The notes: generated by a model not told the origin, from the sequence alone. Counted from the whole stretch's first letter, positions 13,433-27,127 are shown. The stretch is DNA of 63,201 bases, filler included, from Sphacelaria rigidula (GCA_964200075.2; 11 parts of 11 records of this genome joined end to end with filler, not necessarily neighbours in it), one strand, 5' to 3'. Made by a program: numbers and translations.

Positions 13433-13688
13433 CAGGGGTCGGACAAATCATGATTCGTCTGGAAATTACTTGGTTTTAGTATTATGAGTCGACTCGTGAC
13501 GAATAAATCCCTAGGCTTTGTTTCAGCGTTGCAACCCATGTACACGCAGCCCAGACCCGTGGAATGGCGCAAAAGTTACGTGGATACCACTTGGACCAGC
13601 GATCAACCTTTCCCCCTTTTTTGGGCCACCAGGCCGAAGAAATCGTGAATTTGGTGACTTTGAGTCGTGATGATTTGTCCTAACCATG
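13433..13688. mobile_element. hAT-type MITE, 256 bp
   Basis: Imperfect TIRs CAGGGGTCGGACAAATCAT / ATGATTTGTCCTAACCATG; perfect 8-bp TSD CTTGTTTC. Confidence 0.88.
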
Positions 13689-15632
13689 CTTGTTTCTATC
13701 TTCACACTACTGGTGTCCCGGACAATTGACGACGGCATGGAGTGTCCATAGGCTGTGAGTGTTTTTTCATGTCCGAGCCCCGTTTCTTCACGCAGCAAGT
13801 GGAGTGGTCGAAGTATTGCCTTCGACTACGCTTTGCGAGTCAGTGTGTTGGAAGTTGCGCCGTTTGATGGGGATTTCGTTCAAACCGCTTTTTTCGCGCC
13901 TCCGCAAGCACTTTTTTCACCCCTACCGCACAGGCACACATTCCATGTTGAGTTCGCAGTGTTTGTGCTACCCTTTTCCTTTTTTTTTCTCCCTTTATCC
14001 CTTCTCTGATTTTCCCCTCAAGCCGAGTCTCTTCCGTTGATTTTCCTTGAGCACATACGTGTATCTGTTGACTACGGCTGGATTTCCAGCTGGTGTGTTG
14101 GTGTTGATGTGCGAAAATCAAGCAATGAAACGTTTGTCTCATGTTTTTCAAGATTTGAGAAGCCAAATGTGCGAATTCGGGGGGTCGAAGTCTCTCTTAC
14201 ATCACTAACAGATGGATTATGAATCTGATGCGTGGCAGACACCATCTTGATAAAACGCCGGGAGGATGTAGAAGTCAATACACCCACATCACTTCTGTCG
14301 TTACGTGTCATGTTTTAGAGCCGTCTGGTGCTGCACGAGTGATACTGGACATGAAGAAGCTTATTTGGCTTGCTGGCGATAATTGACTGTCGAGAAGAGC
14401 AGACGCTGTATCGTACGTATCTGCCATCAGATTGTACGGGTTGGAGATGGCCACGTCTCTCTTGCGTTTGGTGAAACATGGCAAGCACACGGTATCGCAG
14501 AGAAAAAGCTGTACCCGTTGTTCAGACGTTCGGGTTGTAAACCTTTCCGGTACCGTTGTATCTTCTTGAGGTCCGTCCACTTGCTGCATAGCTGTAACAC
14601 ACACCTGGAGGATGAAGCGTCTGGGTGTGGGTGGTTTGATGTTTGGGCCACGGTTGAGGTCCACTTTACTGGGCCTAATTTTGTTGCGATCCCCCCCTCC
14701 CCCCCCCAAGAGGAAAGAAGGAACCAGTGAGGCTGAGTTCCGGACGAACTCGTTTCTCACGGGAGGAGGGGGTGGTTCTATAGTCCGTGAAGTGTGCAGG
14801 TGACTTGTCGATCGGATAGTTTACCTTCCGCCATGCCGTTCGCTTTCCTCAGCCAACGCAGAAATAACCTCAAAGCCTTGTTACAATTATATTGGTATTT
14901 CCGACCAGTAACTATGGAAAAAGTCCTGTTGTGTTGAACAATGAGCTTATATATATTAAATTTCGGAGTTCGTAACACCCGGATGCATTCTACTTCCCGG
15001 TTACTCCAGTAATGGCGCAGTGATGCTCCGCCGTATAACCTATTGCCAGTCATGGATTCATGACCAACATTTGATGATGTACTCGTCATGTAGTGTTCAC
15101 AGCACAGGCGTGCGAACGTATAGACAGTGAACTAGCTATTTGAGTTTGTCACCCGTCTAGCTTTTACCCTGCGGAAAGATTTCGTACAGCGGTGCAGTGA
15201 GAGTATACGGCAGCCGTTCCATCATATCGCCGCGTCAACGTTGCTCTACGCTTCAACCTTAAATGTACGACGGGGTAATTGCGAAATAACCCCGCCTTCT
15301 CCCCTTACAGCATGTTGTGTTTCTAACCCTCCTAATTTAGGATAATGAGTAGTTCGAGAGTCAAATTGAAGGTGTCAGCTGCAGTCCGGCCTGACCCGTA
15401 CAGGGCGGAAGGAGCAGTGTGGACAAGGGTTTACAGTACATGTGTACGACACTACTCACAGCACAGACAAGGCCATCACTATCTTGTCACAAAACGAATT
15501 GCTTTGTACAGGCAAATCTCAGCAACGAAACAGAAATGCTCCCCACCTCCGATCCCCGGCTCCCAATCGACCCTGATTTGCCATCCCTGTGTTTGCTCCC
15601 GCCCCCCCTACCCCCTCGGAACGTTGTAACAG

Positions 15633-15780
15633 CACAAGGAGATTGGGCAGCGGGCGATGCGACTTGCCCCCGTGGTGCTTGTGGAGGGTGATGACGCAAA
15701 CGAGATGAAGGAGAGTGAGGAGGTGACTCTCAAGAACTGGGGGAATGTCAAGATCAACAGCATTGACCGAAATAAAGCGG
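15633..15780 (+). CDS. GluRS: Cytosolic glutamyl-tRNA synthetase, exon (anticodon-binding region)
   Basis: CAG/GTGAG; HKEIGQRAMRLAPVVLVEGDDANEMKESEEVTLKNWGNVKI (EEVTLxxWGN motif); phase 0 to 1; missed by the ORF track. Confidence 0.88.
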
Positions 15781-16604
15781 GTGAGAGCTGGTGTGCGTGG
15801 GGTTCCTGTTGAAAGGGTCGTGGGGTGTGTTGATGGTGGTGCAGTTCATGATCACGACTCCTGCCTCTATGCGCGATGGTACTGTGTGTGCGTCATGTCC
15901 CTTTTTTTTGCCCTGTTTTGATGATGTCGATGCCAAGACCTTTCCTGTATATTTTTTTCCATACATGGATCTTCGTTTTCGTGGTTCGCCGGAACTTACG
16001 GTTGCCTTGATGGCTTTTGTCGGTCCAATGCTGTGAGCGTTCGGGCTGGTGAAGCTGTCCGCTTATTGTCAGACTGTCCCGACTGTCGGATGGTTGCGGC
16101 ATCTGTCTTGTCTGTTGTCGCGGCAACTGAACACTGCGTACAGTGGCGGATGTTTCGTCGTTATCCAGCTTTTTGTTTTTCGCCTGCACTTCTTGTGCTG
16201 AGTCATGTCGCGATACCCCCCTCCAAAACAAACAAACAAGCAGCATCACAACTTCCACGAAGAAAATTGCCACACAACACATGATGGCTGGTTCCAGACA
16301 ACATGAAGCGCCACATATGGGCGACATTGATGAGAACGATGTTGAGCATGGGGGTTGCCAGCTGCCCGGTATGCTCGTCTCTTGTCATTTTGATTTATGT
16401 GTAGGTTTCACCTCCCCAAACCAGCCACTTTTCTCGGCGTGAGCTATCACGGCATTAGTCTGCTTGTGTTTTTGAGTGATGGAAGAACTGATTGCCGCCC
16501 GTGGAGTGATGTAAGATGAATGCGGCCGTGGTCTCAAGATGAACGTATTCTGGGTATAAATGCAGAAGCTTGCTCGTGTATGCAACATTGCGCGTGTTGT
16601 GCAG

Positions 16605-16786
16605 GTAAGGCAACCCGCCTGACGGGGCAGTTCGTGCCCAACGGAGACTTCAAGTCCACAAAAAAGGTGACATGGCTGGCCAAGGTGCCGGATTTGGTGC
16701 CCATGATCTTGGTGGAATTCGACTACCTGGTGACCAAGGACACGATTGAGGAGGGAGAGAACTTCAAGGATTTCCTCAACCCCACG
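16605..16786 (+). CDS. GluRS: Cytosolic glutamyl-tRNA synthetase, exon
   Basis: Phase 1 to 0; GDFKSTKKVTWLA...LVEFDYLVTKDTIEEGENFKDFLNP. Confidence 0.9.
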
Positions 16787-17075
16787 GTGAGGAACAAAAC
16801 TGACGAGGGACTTGTTCTGAAAATATTTTTCTTGGTACCGCACAACACTTGAATGCAACGATGGCCTTGTATCTTGATTTTCACGACGAGCAGCAAGCGC
16901 GAGCGTTCTTACTCGTTGTTGCAATAGCTGAGGTTCGTGGATGCGGAAAACGATCGTCAACCTGAACCGCCTTGCTCCTCCACCAATGCAATTCACTTTC
17001 ATGCCATCGTAGATGATATTGATTGCTCAGCGTAGCTCAAAGATCCCACAACCGTACTGCCCACAGCAACATTCC

Positions 17076-17165
17076 AAGGGTCGGACATATACTGATTCGT
17101 CTGGAAATTACTTGGTTTTAGTATCATGAGTCGACTCGTGACGAATAACTCCCTAGGCTTCATTT
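17076..17165. mobile_element. hAT-type MITE, partial (contig edge)
   Basis: Begins CAAGGGTCGGAC; near-identical to 13433-13520. Confidence 0.8.
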
Positions 17166-17265
17166 NNNNNNNNNNNNNNNNNNNNNNNNNNNNNNNNNNN
17201 NNNNNNNNNTTAATTAATTAANNNNNNNNNNNNNNNNNNNNNNNNNNNNNNNNNNNNNNNNNNNN

Positions 17266-18195
17266 CATGCTCCACACTCCCGCTTGGGCTTGGGAACGAC
17301 GTCGCCGGCGCTGTTGGCCGCTCCCAGCTGGTCGTCTTGTCCACAGTGTTCACGTAGTACACCTTCCCATCCTTGGTTGTTTTACGCTTCCAACCTTCCG
17401 GAAGAGGTGACTCTGCGGCGCTGCCAGGGTTTCCTGTCGCGGGGACGGACGATTGCGGCTTTACCCCGCCGCTCGAGCTAGGTCGTCGCCCATGCTCCAC
17501 ACTCCCGCTTGAGCTCGGGAACGACGTCGCCGGCGCTGTTGGCCGCTCCCAGCTGGTCGTCTTGTCCACAGTGTTCACGTAGTACACCTTCCCATCCTTG
17601 GTTGTTTTACGCTTCCAGCCTTCCGGAAGAGGTGACTCTGCGGTGCCACCAGGGTTTCCGGTCACGGGGGCGGATAGCTGCGGCCTCATCTCGATGCTCT
17701 CACCAGACCGCCAGCTCACGTCGCCACTCTCGATTGAGCTTGGGCTCGGTGCCGACGTCGCCGGTGCTGTTGGCCGCTCCCAGCTGGTCGTCTTGTCCAC
17801 AGTGTTCACGTAGTACACCTTCCCATCCTTTGTTGTTTTACGCTTCCACCCTTCGGGAAGAGGTACCTCCGCGGTGCCGCCAGCGGTCGTGGTGATCGGA
17901 GCGGACGGTTGCGGCGGCGCCTCGGAGCTTCCGCTTGAGCTCGGTGTCGACACCGCCGGCGCAGTTGGTCGATTCCAGCTGGTAGTTTTGTCCACGGTGT
18001 TCTTGTAGAACACCCTTCCATCCTTGGTTCTTTTGCTTTTCCAGCCGTTTGGAAGTGGTACCTCCGCCCCACAGGTCACGGTGGTTTGTGGCGCCACCTC
18101 ACCGCTCGCACCACTCGACCGACGGCGACTGCGGGAGCTAGACGAGTCGTCGATCTCGCTTATCGGCGGAACTAAACCTGGAGCTGACGCCGCCC
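17266..18195 (-). CDS. Large exon of a tandem WW-domain protein (at least 4 WW domains, Ser/Pro-rich linkers)
   Basis: Four PLPxGWKxKxTKDGxVyYxNTVDKTTSWxRP repeats; CAG acceptor at 18196-18198; runs into the gap. Confidence 0.9.
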
Positions 18196-19242
18196 CTGCG
18201 AGGGGTAAGAATCCATGAGCATGTGCGGTTTGGCGGGGTGGGGATGCGCACGTGAGCCAAAATAAGGGATAATCAAGCCAAGGATAACTAGACCTGCAGA
18301 CCTTCCACGGCGGGCTAAAACACGGGGATAAGTGTGAGCACAAAACTGTGCGTAACTACAGCTTTGCGAGCATCCGCCTCTAATTCAGTTACATATGGTG
18401 TATTGAGCGTCGCAACCGCTCCTCTTTTGGTACATTCCGAGACCAAAGCGCATACCTTCAAACAAAGTGCGGTACTTCTCACGCCGATTTTGCACCCGCC
18501 AGTATCAACGGCCGAAACGCACGTCAACCGTGGAAGAACGTTCGGTGACAATGCGCCGACTCTTCCTATTCTCAAGGTGTACAGTCGTTTCACGTGCCAT
18601 GCTCGACCGACAGAACTTGCGTTGCTTCTTCGGCGGGGCTTACGCGGCTACCGATTACGCAAAGAGGATATCCACTGCCGGTTCAGTCGGAGTGTGCAAG
18701 ATGGTTCGATGGTACAGGTTGCGGCAGACAACACCAGGCAAGGCACAGGCAAACTGCCGTTGGATGGTGGACACTACAAGCGCAGCACATCATCACAGGC
18801 GGCGCAGATGAGTAAGAGGCGGCGCTACAACTTCGGGGGTGGGGCTCGAGCTCAAGCTGATACTATGAGGCGAACGCGTGACATGCTCGGCCTTCTATGC
18901 ACATCGCATGGTCAAGCATGGCCCACGGCAACCTTCAGCAGCGTTGATTCCACGAAATACTAATACGGCCACTTTTGTGCACATACGGCGTCGACACGTG
19001 TGGCGAGGAGGGCGACCCAACAGCACGGTATAGGTGCCGAAGCATGACACTGCAGCGATCCCTGTTTCATCGGCAAAACGCAAAGCTACGACAAAGGGAG
19101 ATATCGGCAGTTGGCACAGTGATGGCCCTGTTCTTCTTTGGCGGGACACCAGGACAGCAATCGCAAAATCTTCGAGCTAAATAATAAGGGTCCATACCAT
19201 TATTCATAAGAGTAATCAGAATTGGTTCACCCCCGCCTGTGT

Positions 19243-19305
19243 GGTCCGTCTCGAAAGGGATGCGTGGTAAATGGTAAAAAAACCAAGGCAAGCAACAAAT
19301 GAGTA
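19243..19305 (+). mobile_element. C-tract LINE 3' end, 5'-truncated
   Basis: CCGTCTCGAAAGGGATGCGTGG...AAATGAGTA; flanks CCCCCGCCTGTGT / CCCCTCGCCTGTGT are TSD-like. Confidence 0.8.
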
Positions 19306-21706
19306 AAACCCCCCTCGCCTGTGTTATGTAGAGCTCGGTCGGAAAAAATTCGTTTTGGGGTACTTTTCTGATTTTTTTCGTGTAGTATCTATTTCTTGGC
19401 TCGTAAAAGTCCTAGTGTCGACAGATACTGGGAAGAGAAGCAGGTCGTGCTCAAAACAGACACCTCGATTGGTGCTGTCGGGGTGATACGGAGTAAGTAC
19501 TTTGTTCGTCAGGGGGTGTTATCGACCGTCACTGATCCAGAAAACAAAGTTTTTCTGGCTCTGGCGCAATGAATAGGTAGAAATACAAATATATATTCTT
19601 TTAATTTGTTCACGAAAACGATTGGAATTGAAATGCGCAAGGGTCAGAACCTGGCGCTGGGTAGTCTCAGGACCCCCGAAAACCGGTCAGCTCGTGAGTC
19701 GTTCAACAATGAGCGCAGATGTGATCTTCGTAATGTGGAGGGGATGCCTAGTATCTCCCGATCCCCAAACTTCGGAATCAAACGTTTACTGGGATAAGTG
19801 GTGGCACGCAAAGACACTTTCGAATATCACCGACTACGAAAAAACTACGAATATCTCCTGTTTCAGATGAAAACTACTGTGAACTGCCGTACGCTGAGAA
19901 GTCTGTATTCCGATCTATGGGCGACTGACAACAAACTAGGTGCTTGATAGAGGGAAAGAACGCATGATTGGGCACACGAGGTACTGTGTCCATGTGTCGC
20001 TCACCACAAGGTGATCTGAAGCCTTCGTGTGATCGATACCTGGGTGCGCTCCGTCGATATTGCAACAACGGAAAAAGAAACAGATACTATTAATATAGCG
20101 TTCTCGTCAATGCATAATCATGTGTGCCGCGGTGGAACACACGAGCACGGCAACCCCGTCTTCCACCGAAATAGTTCGAAGAGACACGTGCAAAGCTTTG
20201 AGCTTGTCGGACGTCACTGATATTGTGTGTTATTAATGCAAAACTCGCTGGCGAACTTAATGGTCAACGTGGCACTCAACACTTCTTCTATCAACATTTT
20301 TGTGGAAGACTATCTCTCTCCTTCCCCCCCTCTCTCACACACACTCTCTCAGTTCTTTTCTCTCACCCGGAGGGAGGCTTGCGGATGGGTCGGCGCGCAT
20401 CGCTTGTGCGGGCGTCGGCTTGCAACAGACCCTAGCGCCTTGCGCACAATAAGCCTCGTGGACAAAAACTTCTTCGCGGTCGTTTGAAGATGCCGCTGGC
20501 GTTGGGGTGGAGCAGAATTGAACAGGTGCAGGACCTTGGCTGATCGAAACACGCACGGGCATGAGGAGGGAAAAGGACATGCGGCCGGTCGGCGATGGGT
20601 GCCAAGAGAAGTGTGTCTGCGGACCAACCAGCGGCGTGTATTTCAGGCACGCTGACCGCTCCAGATATGTATCGCAAGCAGTCGATGTTGTTGAGTCGCT
20701 TGGGTCGGCAGGCAAGCCGTCGACTTTGCCGGGAGAACCCGTGCGATAGGTCATGGGATTCGAACTAGGGGGGTAAACAATAAGGTACAACCTATCGCGA
20801 ACTAGTGTGCTTCTTCGACCGGTAGTCAGCATCCATCTCCGGGGCGAACTGACGTCATTACTCTGAATCATCAGATATAGGAATGGCAACGATGCTTCCA
20901 GTGAAAACTGATCAATAGGTTTCGGTATCCACGGGATCCCGTACTTCTGGGTAGCTTTGTCGACCAAAGACTGACCACAATGCAACCGTCGGTATGTACT
21001 AAACATCGTCACCTTCCGCCAAAAAAAAAGTGGCGGAAAGCATGAATACCGTGCGAAAATTTACAGCGACCCCCAAAGCACGGTATGCCATCCATCTTGT
21101 TTGGGGAGGGAAAGTAGCTGCCACAACGAAGGTGACGCACGTATTTATTCATGGCTAGGGTACGATGAGGTTGTCCGCAACTCGCAGCACTCAACAAAGC
21201 CCCCCGATGTTGGCAACTGCTTACTGCAAGTTGTTTTGGTGAGCGTAGTGTGTTGCTGAACGGAGCGGGGGGGGGGGGGGGGGGGAAACCCCAAACAAAT
21301 CTTCACCCCCCGCCCTGCCCGCCCAAAATTTAAAAAAAAANNNNNNNNNNTTGTGCTTTGTGTGGGTTTTTTTTGTTGTTGTTTTTTTTTTGTCTTGGCG
21401 TTGTGGTGGTGGTGGGGGCGAGGGAACACCCAACAAATGTCTGACGCCATGCCATGCACGATCAACATTTCATGAGAGACACTCAGAATGGAGCCACGCC
21501 TGTCGTGTGTGCGACGATCTGCTCCAAAACTTGTACTATACTATACATTCATGTGGACTTCAGAATGGAGTGCCCAGCCATAGACAGGGGTCCCGTGTAG
21601 AAATGAAAGCAAAATGAGCAGTGACCAGGCGAAAAAAAACATCCCGTGTGTTCTTCCTTCACTTCAGGGAACACCAGTCAACCTCCTCCACATGCAAAGT
21701 AAGTTG

Positions 21707-21726
21707 TATTATTATTATTATTATTA

Positions 21727-21762
<36 letters not shown>
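21707..21762. repeat. (TTA)n microsatellite; similar at 28776-28810 and 34531-34600; (GT)n(GA)n at 26620-26678
   Basis: Directly visible. Confidence 0.95.
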
Positions 21763-21764
<2 letters not shown>

Positions 21765-22854
21765 CCGTCATTTAAGTAAGTGGATTCGAGTCGCTTCCCG
21801 CTTCTGGTGCCGACAACAAACCGTTGTTCGTTTTACGAGTATAAATAGACCATTCTTCTGGTGAGAGACGTGGTTCCCAGGTAGAAATAGGGGCCTCTTG
21901 GCCGGCTCGGCCGTTGTCACCGCACATATCCGTGTCGAAGTCAGCAATCCTAACCTGTAGGGGTACGCATTGTGCTGAGTAAGACTTCGGCAGATACAGC
22001 TGCGAGTGCTATGCGGCGTGATACGGTCGCCCCGAAAACTCCAACCCGCCAGCTCAACTACAGACATGGACTGCTACGCTTACCATCATCAGAAAAGCAC
22101 GTTTGCATGTCTGACTGATTTAGCGCTCGAAGATGCTGAAAGGACCACCAACGTATACACTCGCCATATTCCAAATGTCCGCGAGATTGTCAGGTCAGAT
22201 TCTCGGAATAGAAAGCCGTCGGCGCTCGTTGAGTTGAAGTTCCATCACAGAACACTTTTTTTTCTTCTCGAGTCCAAGATCGACCCGTACAAGGGTTCAA
22301 GCATGAGGTGGTTCTTGCAGTGATCGTTGGTCCAATATCTCTGTACCGGTACAAAAAAAAACGCGACAAGGCAATACAAGACCTGCGCATCGAGCCCCGG
22401 AAACACACGCAGAAAGAGGCACCCATTACTCACGCGCGTTGGCTCCAGCGCCGGCCACTGTAGCCCTTGCTTGACGGAAATCCGTTCAGTATTCGAGGAA
22501 GGCCGGTCGCGCGCGGATCATGTTACAACCGAAACCCTTCCGTTTCTGACCCTTCATGCGCGCGTTTCTGGCGCGCGCCTGACAACAATCACTGTTTCCC
22601 ATCGAGATCTCAACACGAGTCCACGCACGACGTGCTCAACTGATGAACAGCGACGTAAGGCTCGAGCTGTTGCGGTGTGGTTCGGGGGGGCAGTGGGGCT
22701 CCCAGGATTCATGCGTGAGTGTGTTGGGTTGTGTGTCACACCTATGCATGTGCTCCTGAGGCTGCTACCTTCGTGTTTCCCCCTCGAGCAAGCAGATTGT
22801 CGGTTTTCACAAAGCGTTTTCTTTACCCCGGGGGGGATTCTTCTCGGGGGGGGG

Positions 22855-22920
22855 TTCACTCATGATCATGCATGCCATAGTCATAAGACCATAGACCTTG
22901 CATCCCTACAAAGCCGGGAC
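22855..22920 (-). mobile_element. C-tract SINE 3' end (contig edge)
   Basis: Reverse complement of the SINE tail, abutting a G-run at 22846-22854. Confidence 0.8.
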
Positions 22921-23511
22921 NNNNNNNNNNNNNNNNNNNNNNNNNNNNNNNNNNNNNNNNNNNNTTAATTAATTAANNNNNNNNNNNNNNNNNNNNNNNN
23001 NNNNNNNNNNNNNNNNNNNNGTATGAGTGGGTGGTGGTGGGGGAGGAGGGGGTTATAATCCAAATTACACTTCGGGGGGGGTGAAGAGGTCGGTTACAAT
23101 ACCCCGCCCCAAATGGCACTTGAAACACACAAAAAACGAACATATTGGCTACGGGGCGAATTAGCCACTACAGTGCACAAATGCTCGGTGCCAGACTGCG
23201 TTGTAGAAACCGACACATTGTCCATTTTGACAAGCACAGAAAACTTCCCACTTTCAACAACCACTCGTCGCAGACTCATACTCGCCAACGCTAGGAACAC
23301 CACACATCATCACAGAAAACAAAATCAGCAATGTACACCGTCAGCACGCTTCTCAAGCCCCCTACATAACTCACGCGCAGCCGCGAATACAAGCATAATC
23401 AACCATCAGTGTAATCCCGCTCTATTACTGTGACCACGCAGTATTGGACGCCCTGGGAGTCAAAAACAACAAAGACACGAGCAACAGATACGGGAGTTTG
23501 AGCAATCTTAC

Positions 23512-23691
23512 ATGGAGAGGGTTGTCGAGAGCACGCTGCGTGGCCGACACGAAGTTGAGCTCCTGAAGACTGAAGAAGTTGGCCACGGCAGATACGTCGT
23601 GCGTGAACACGTGCTCGCGAAAACCCACGATACGTCCGATGTTTCGCCCCCTTCCGGTGCCCCCCTCCGCAAAGTTGAACTCCTCCATCAC
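23512..23691 (-). CDS. GT48 glucan synthase, exon
   Basis: VMEEF...IVGFREHVFT...QELNFVSATQRALDNPLH, then GTAAG donor. Confidence 0.95.
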
Positions 23692-24170
23692 CTTCAGCAC
23701 CCAGAGATGCCGGGTATGACAGGAAAGTGAACGAGTACGTGCCGCCAAACAATACACGGAACAAGAACAGCAACACAAGAGGAGAGCAAGGACAACAAGC
23801 GGAGAAGGTGAAGAAAGGAGACGGGGGAAGGGATGAACAAGGGAAGGGGGCGTTAGAAAATAGGGGGGCTTGCGCCGGGCAGTGTCTTCGACCATATTTA
23901 CGGTGACCGTGCCTCTTCATCACGAGAAACAGCGAAGGCTACGATCCTCACCTCTTAATGCTACTCTCAATCAAGCTCCACATAACCGACGACAAACATG
24001 TACGCGCTGTGTATGTAGTGAGGAAGCAAGCACCTATGGTACACGAGTGTCATTATTGTCACGTGTACCCACGTGAAGTCATATTCCTACCGTGTCTATG
24101 CATCCCGCCCAACTCCACATACACATATACGATATTCCGTCGGCTTCCCATGCAGCAAAATGCAATGCAC

Positions 24171-24308
24171 CTGTCGAATCTTAATCGCGTCTTCGAGCGA
24201 AGCATCCTGGTTCATGTCGATCGCCTGAATAGCCTCGCCGCGCGTAAAGATGATGGCGTGGTTCTGATTGTTGGGCTTACCCTCGCCCACCAAGATCTGT
24301 CCAGGGAG
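24171..24308 (-). CDS. GT48 glucan synthase, exon
   Basis: LPGQILVGEGKPNNQNHAIIFTRGEAIQAIDMNQD signature. Confidence 0.95.
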
Positions 24309-24696
24309 CTGCAGCATTCAACAATCAGAAGCATACACGACGCGAATGTACACAAAACGGGGTGTCAAATGCGGACAGAGGGGTACAGAAATAATCCTAC
24401 AACACAATCTCTGCGTTTCACACGTTCTCCTCTTTTCGTCAGATTACTCCAGAATCCACCCAGCCCACGAGTGCATCTGAGGTGAAAACTTCTGGCATAA
24501 GAGTTATCGTTCACGTGCCACGCCTGCGGCTAATCCGTGCCAATTCATTTTCCCCACACAGAAGACATTTGTTTGCTATCGCAAGACTCAACAATGTACA
24601 CCTCATCATTTTCTAGCGTACATGAAAAAAAAATATACATATATAAAACCAGACCGAGACCCAAATGATGAGCAATCATCGCTGGTGAAGACTCAC

Positions 24697-24898
24697 CCGG
24701 ACCCTGTACTCTTCCTCCATGTCTTGACCGTTGTGCTTGGACAACACCGAATAGAAGTGGCCCTTGACCTCTTCCACGTAGGCGATACGGAGACCGGGGT
24801 ACATCTTCGCCAACATCTTGATGTGCTCCGCTTTGTCCTTGTCGGCCTTTTTCTTGGACGACTGCATCTTGCTGAACACTTGGCAGGACACCACGTAC
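24697..24898 (-). CDS. GT48 glucan synthase, exon
   Basis: YVVSCQVF...YPGLRIAYVEE...FYSVL. Confidence 0.93.
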
Positions 24899-25260
24899 CT
24901 GTGGACGGGGCAGGACGGGGCAGGACGGGGCGGGGCGAATTGTGTTGTCGAGGATACTCCATAGCACATTTAATATATTTCAGGGTTTTGGTGTGTTGGA
25001 CGGAGAAGCGGACGGGCGGCTTTACCCTTATTCTGTATGGAGGGCTGTGTATTGCGGTGCAAAAAATCCCGACACAAAACAGACGCCCCGCTGTTTCTCG
25101 TTTGTACAATCCGACTGTGCCTCCACACCAAACAGAACAGCTCCACACGGTCTCTTGGATCACACGGGTGACACCACCACCCTGAAAGCCATCTCTTATC
25201 TAAACAAGCTGCGATGAGCAGCTGAACACGATAGCAGTACGCACACACCCCGCAACACAC

Positions 25261-25465
25261 CTGTACTTCGCCTCGGCGAGCTCCGCCGTAAGCCCGTACT
25301 CCACGCAGACCTTATCGAGGGCGGGGTCCTTGACTTGGATGAACCCCTGGTGTTCCATCATAGCTGCATGAGCCGACTCTCTCCTCTTTTTCCCCCTGCG
25401 CGCCTCCAACTCCTGCTCCCTCCTGCTCGCTGCTAAGGCCCGCAATACGGCAGCCTTGAACTTGC
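25261..25465 (-). CDS. GT48 glucan synthase, exon
   Basis: Phase 1 to 2; GKFKAAVLRAL...ELAEAKYR leading into YVVSCQ. Confidence 0.85.
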
Positions 25466-26119
25466 CTGCGCCGCACGAACGATACAGAGCGAGTCTTGTC
25501 ATAAGGGGTTTGCCATCAACGCATCAGTCCAATGACCACCTCGTCTTGTCTCCGCTATGACAACCCCTTCGACAACACCCCTCTAAACTTGCGGCAGCAC
25601 GGAGACTGGTACATGACATGAAGCCGATTGATTCTCTTTTTGCCCTGCCCAATTCCACGAGTATAACCCGAAACCTTAGCAATCATACAGGAAGCCTTGG
25701 TACGAATCGTGCTGAGATGCACTCTTCTTGATATTTTTTTTCGCTCTGGAATCGAGGAATAACGAGGGAATAAAATGGAAGCGGTTTTCCCCATGAAAAA
25801 AATCTACACACGAGTCATCAAGTACCAGACTATATCGCCCTCGGAGGACAAGATGAAAAAATTATGACGCAGCGCGGTTGTTTTGTACCACATGTAACAA
25901 CATGTAGCAACAAAAAGTTCATGATATCCACCCGTTAAAAGCGTGATGTGCGACACGTGGTGGGGGAGGGTGAGACCTGCTCCGACCCGCACTACCAAAA
26001 TTGTACGGCGTGGACCGGGCGGGAGACAGATATGTGGGTTGATCACCGAGGACTGCGGTCATCTCGAGCAAGGGGAGCAGCAGAGTATGAAAAACGTTGG
26101 GATCGCGGGTCTTTCACAC

Positions 26120-26478
26120 CTTTCGTGACACCACTGGGCGTGCGGCCATCAGGATCGTTGTTCTCTGCCGACATAGCTTCGGGGCGGGTAGGCGTAGCTT
26201 TGTGGGGGCGAGGGGGTACCGGCGGCCCCGCTTGGTTAGAAGGCGCCACCTCGCGACCCTCCTCAAGCTCCTCGAACGCCTCGAGGTTGGCCTGATTGAG
26301 CGTGGCCTCGAGATTGGAAGGGTTGCCCGTGGTGAAGGCCGAACGGAATGAGGTTTGGTGGGTCTGGCTGCCCTTGGCCCATCGGAACAGCCGGAACCCC
26401 GCGTTGCTGTCGCTGCTGTCTTGCCTGTCGTGGGTGGGGGTGCTACGTCTGTGGAGATGCGGAAGTCTGCTTCCTTGC
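26120..26478 (-). CDS. GT48 glucan synthase, low-complexity insert exon
   Basis: Phase 2 to 1, open frame QGSRLPHLHRRSTP...FRLFRWAKGS...LEAFEELEEG...GVTK. Confidence 0.72.
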
Positions 26479-26619
26479 CTTGAATGATCATGGGGTTGAG
26501 TTTGCAGAGGAAAAAGGGGAGAGAGGGGCGGACGGGGGTAAGGACGGACGGGAGCATGAGCGTACGCGTTCTGTTGGTATCGACACTTGTTGATACTTGT
26601 GCACGGTCATCAGCTCAAA

Positions 26620-26682
<63 letters not shown>

Positions 26683-26869
26683 TCTACCAAACGATCGGCA
26701 AAGTGGTCACTTCTCACCGGCAAGTAATCCACACACGCGGCGAAGACAAACGTATTTGTCGGTGTTGAGCCAATCTCGAGGAAAGAAGCGACGACACTCA
26801 GCATGAACACACATAGTGCCGCGTACAGGCCCTTATTACGGACACCAGAAAAAAGACGACACAAAAAGC

Positions 26870-27127
26870 CACGGTTCGGACGAATCATCGCCGGTTCGAA
26901 TCACCAAATCCACTATTTTTCAGGCCTAATTTCTCGAAGAGATATCAAAATTTGACCGCTGGTCAATAAGGTCTCCACGAAAATTTGCGCCATTCCAGGT
27001 GCCTGGGCTGCGCGTACCCTGGGTTGAAACGCTGAACACGAAGCCTAAGCACTGATTCGTACAGTACGAATCAAATACACTAAAATCAAGTAATTTCCAG
27101 ACGAATCACTAATTCGTCCGACCCTTG
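26870..27127. mobile_element. hAT-type MITE in a glucan synthase intron
   Basis: Ends CACGGTTCGGACGAATCA / TCGTCCGACCCTTG; degenerate TSD CAAAAAGC/CAAAAAAA. Confidence 0.75.

Noticed and set aside
20335..21012. 225-aa ORF, faintly Ty3/gypsy-like (YRTGSPGKVDGL)
   Set aside because: Resemblance too weak; no RT or integrase motif
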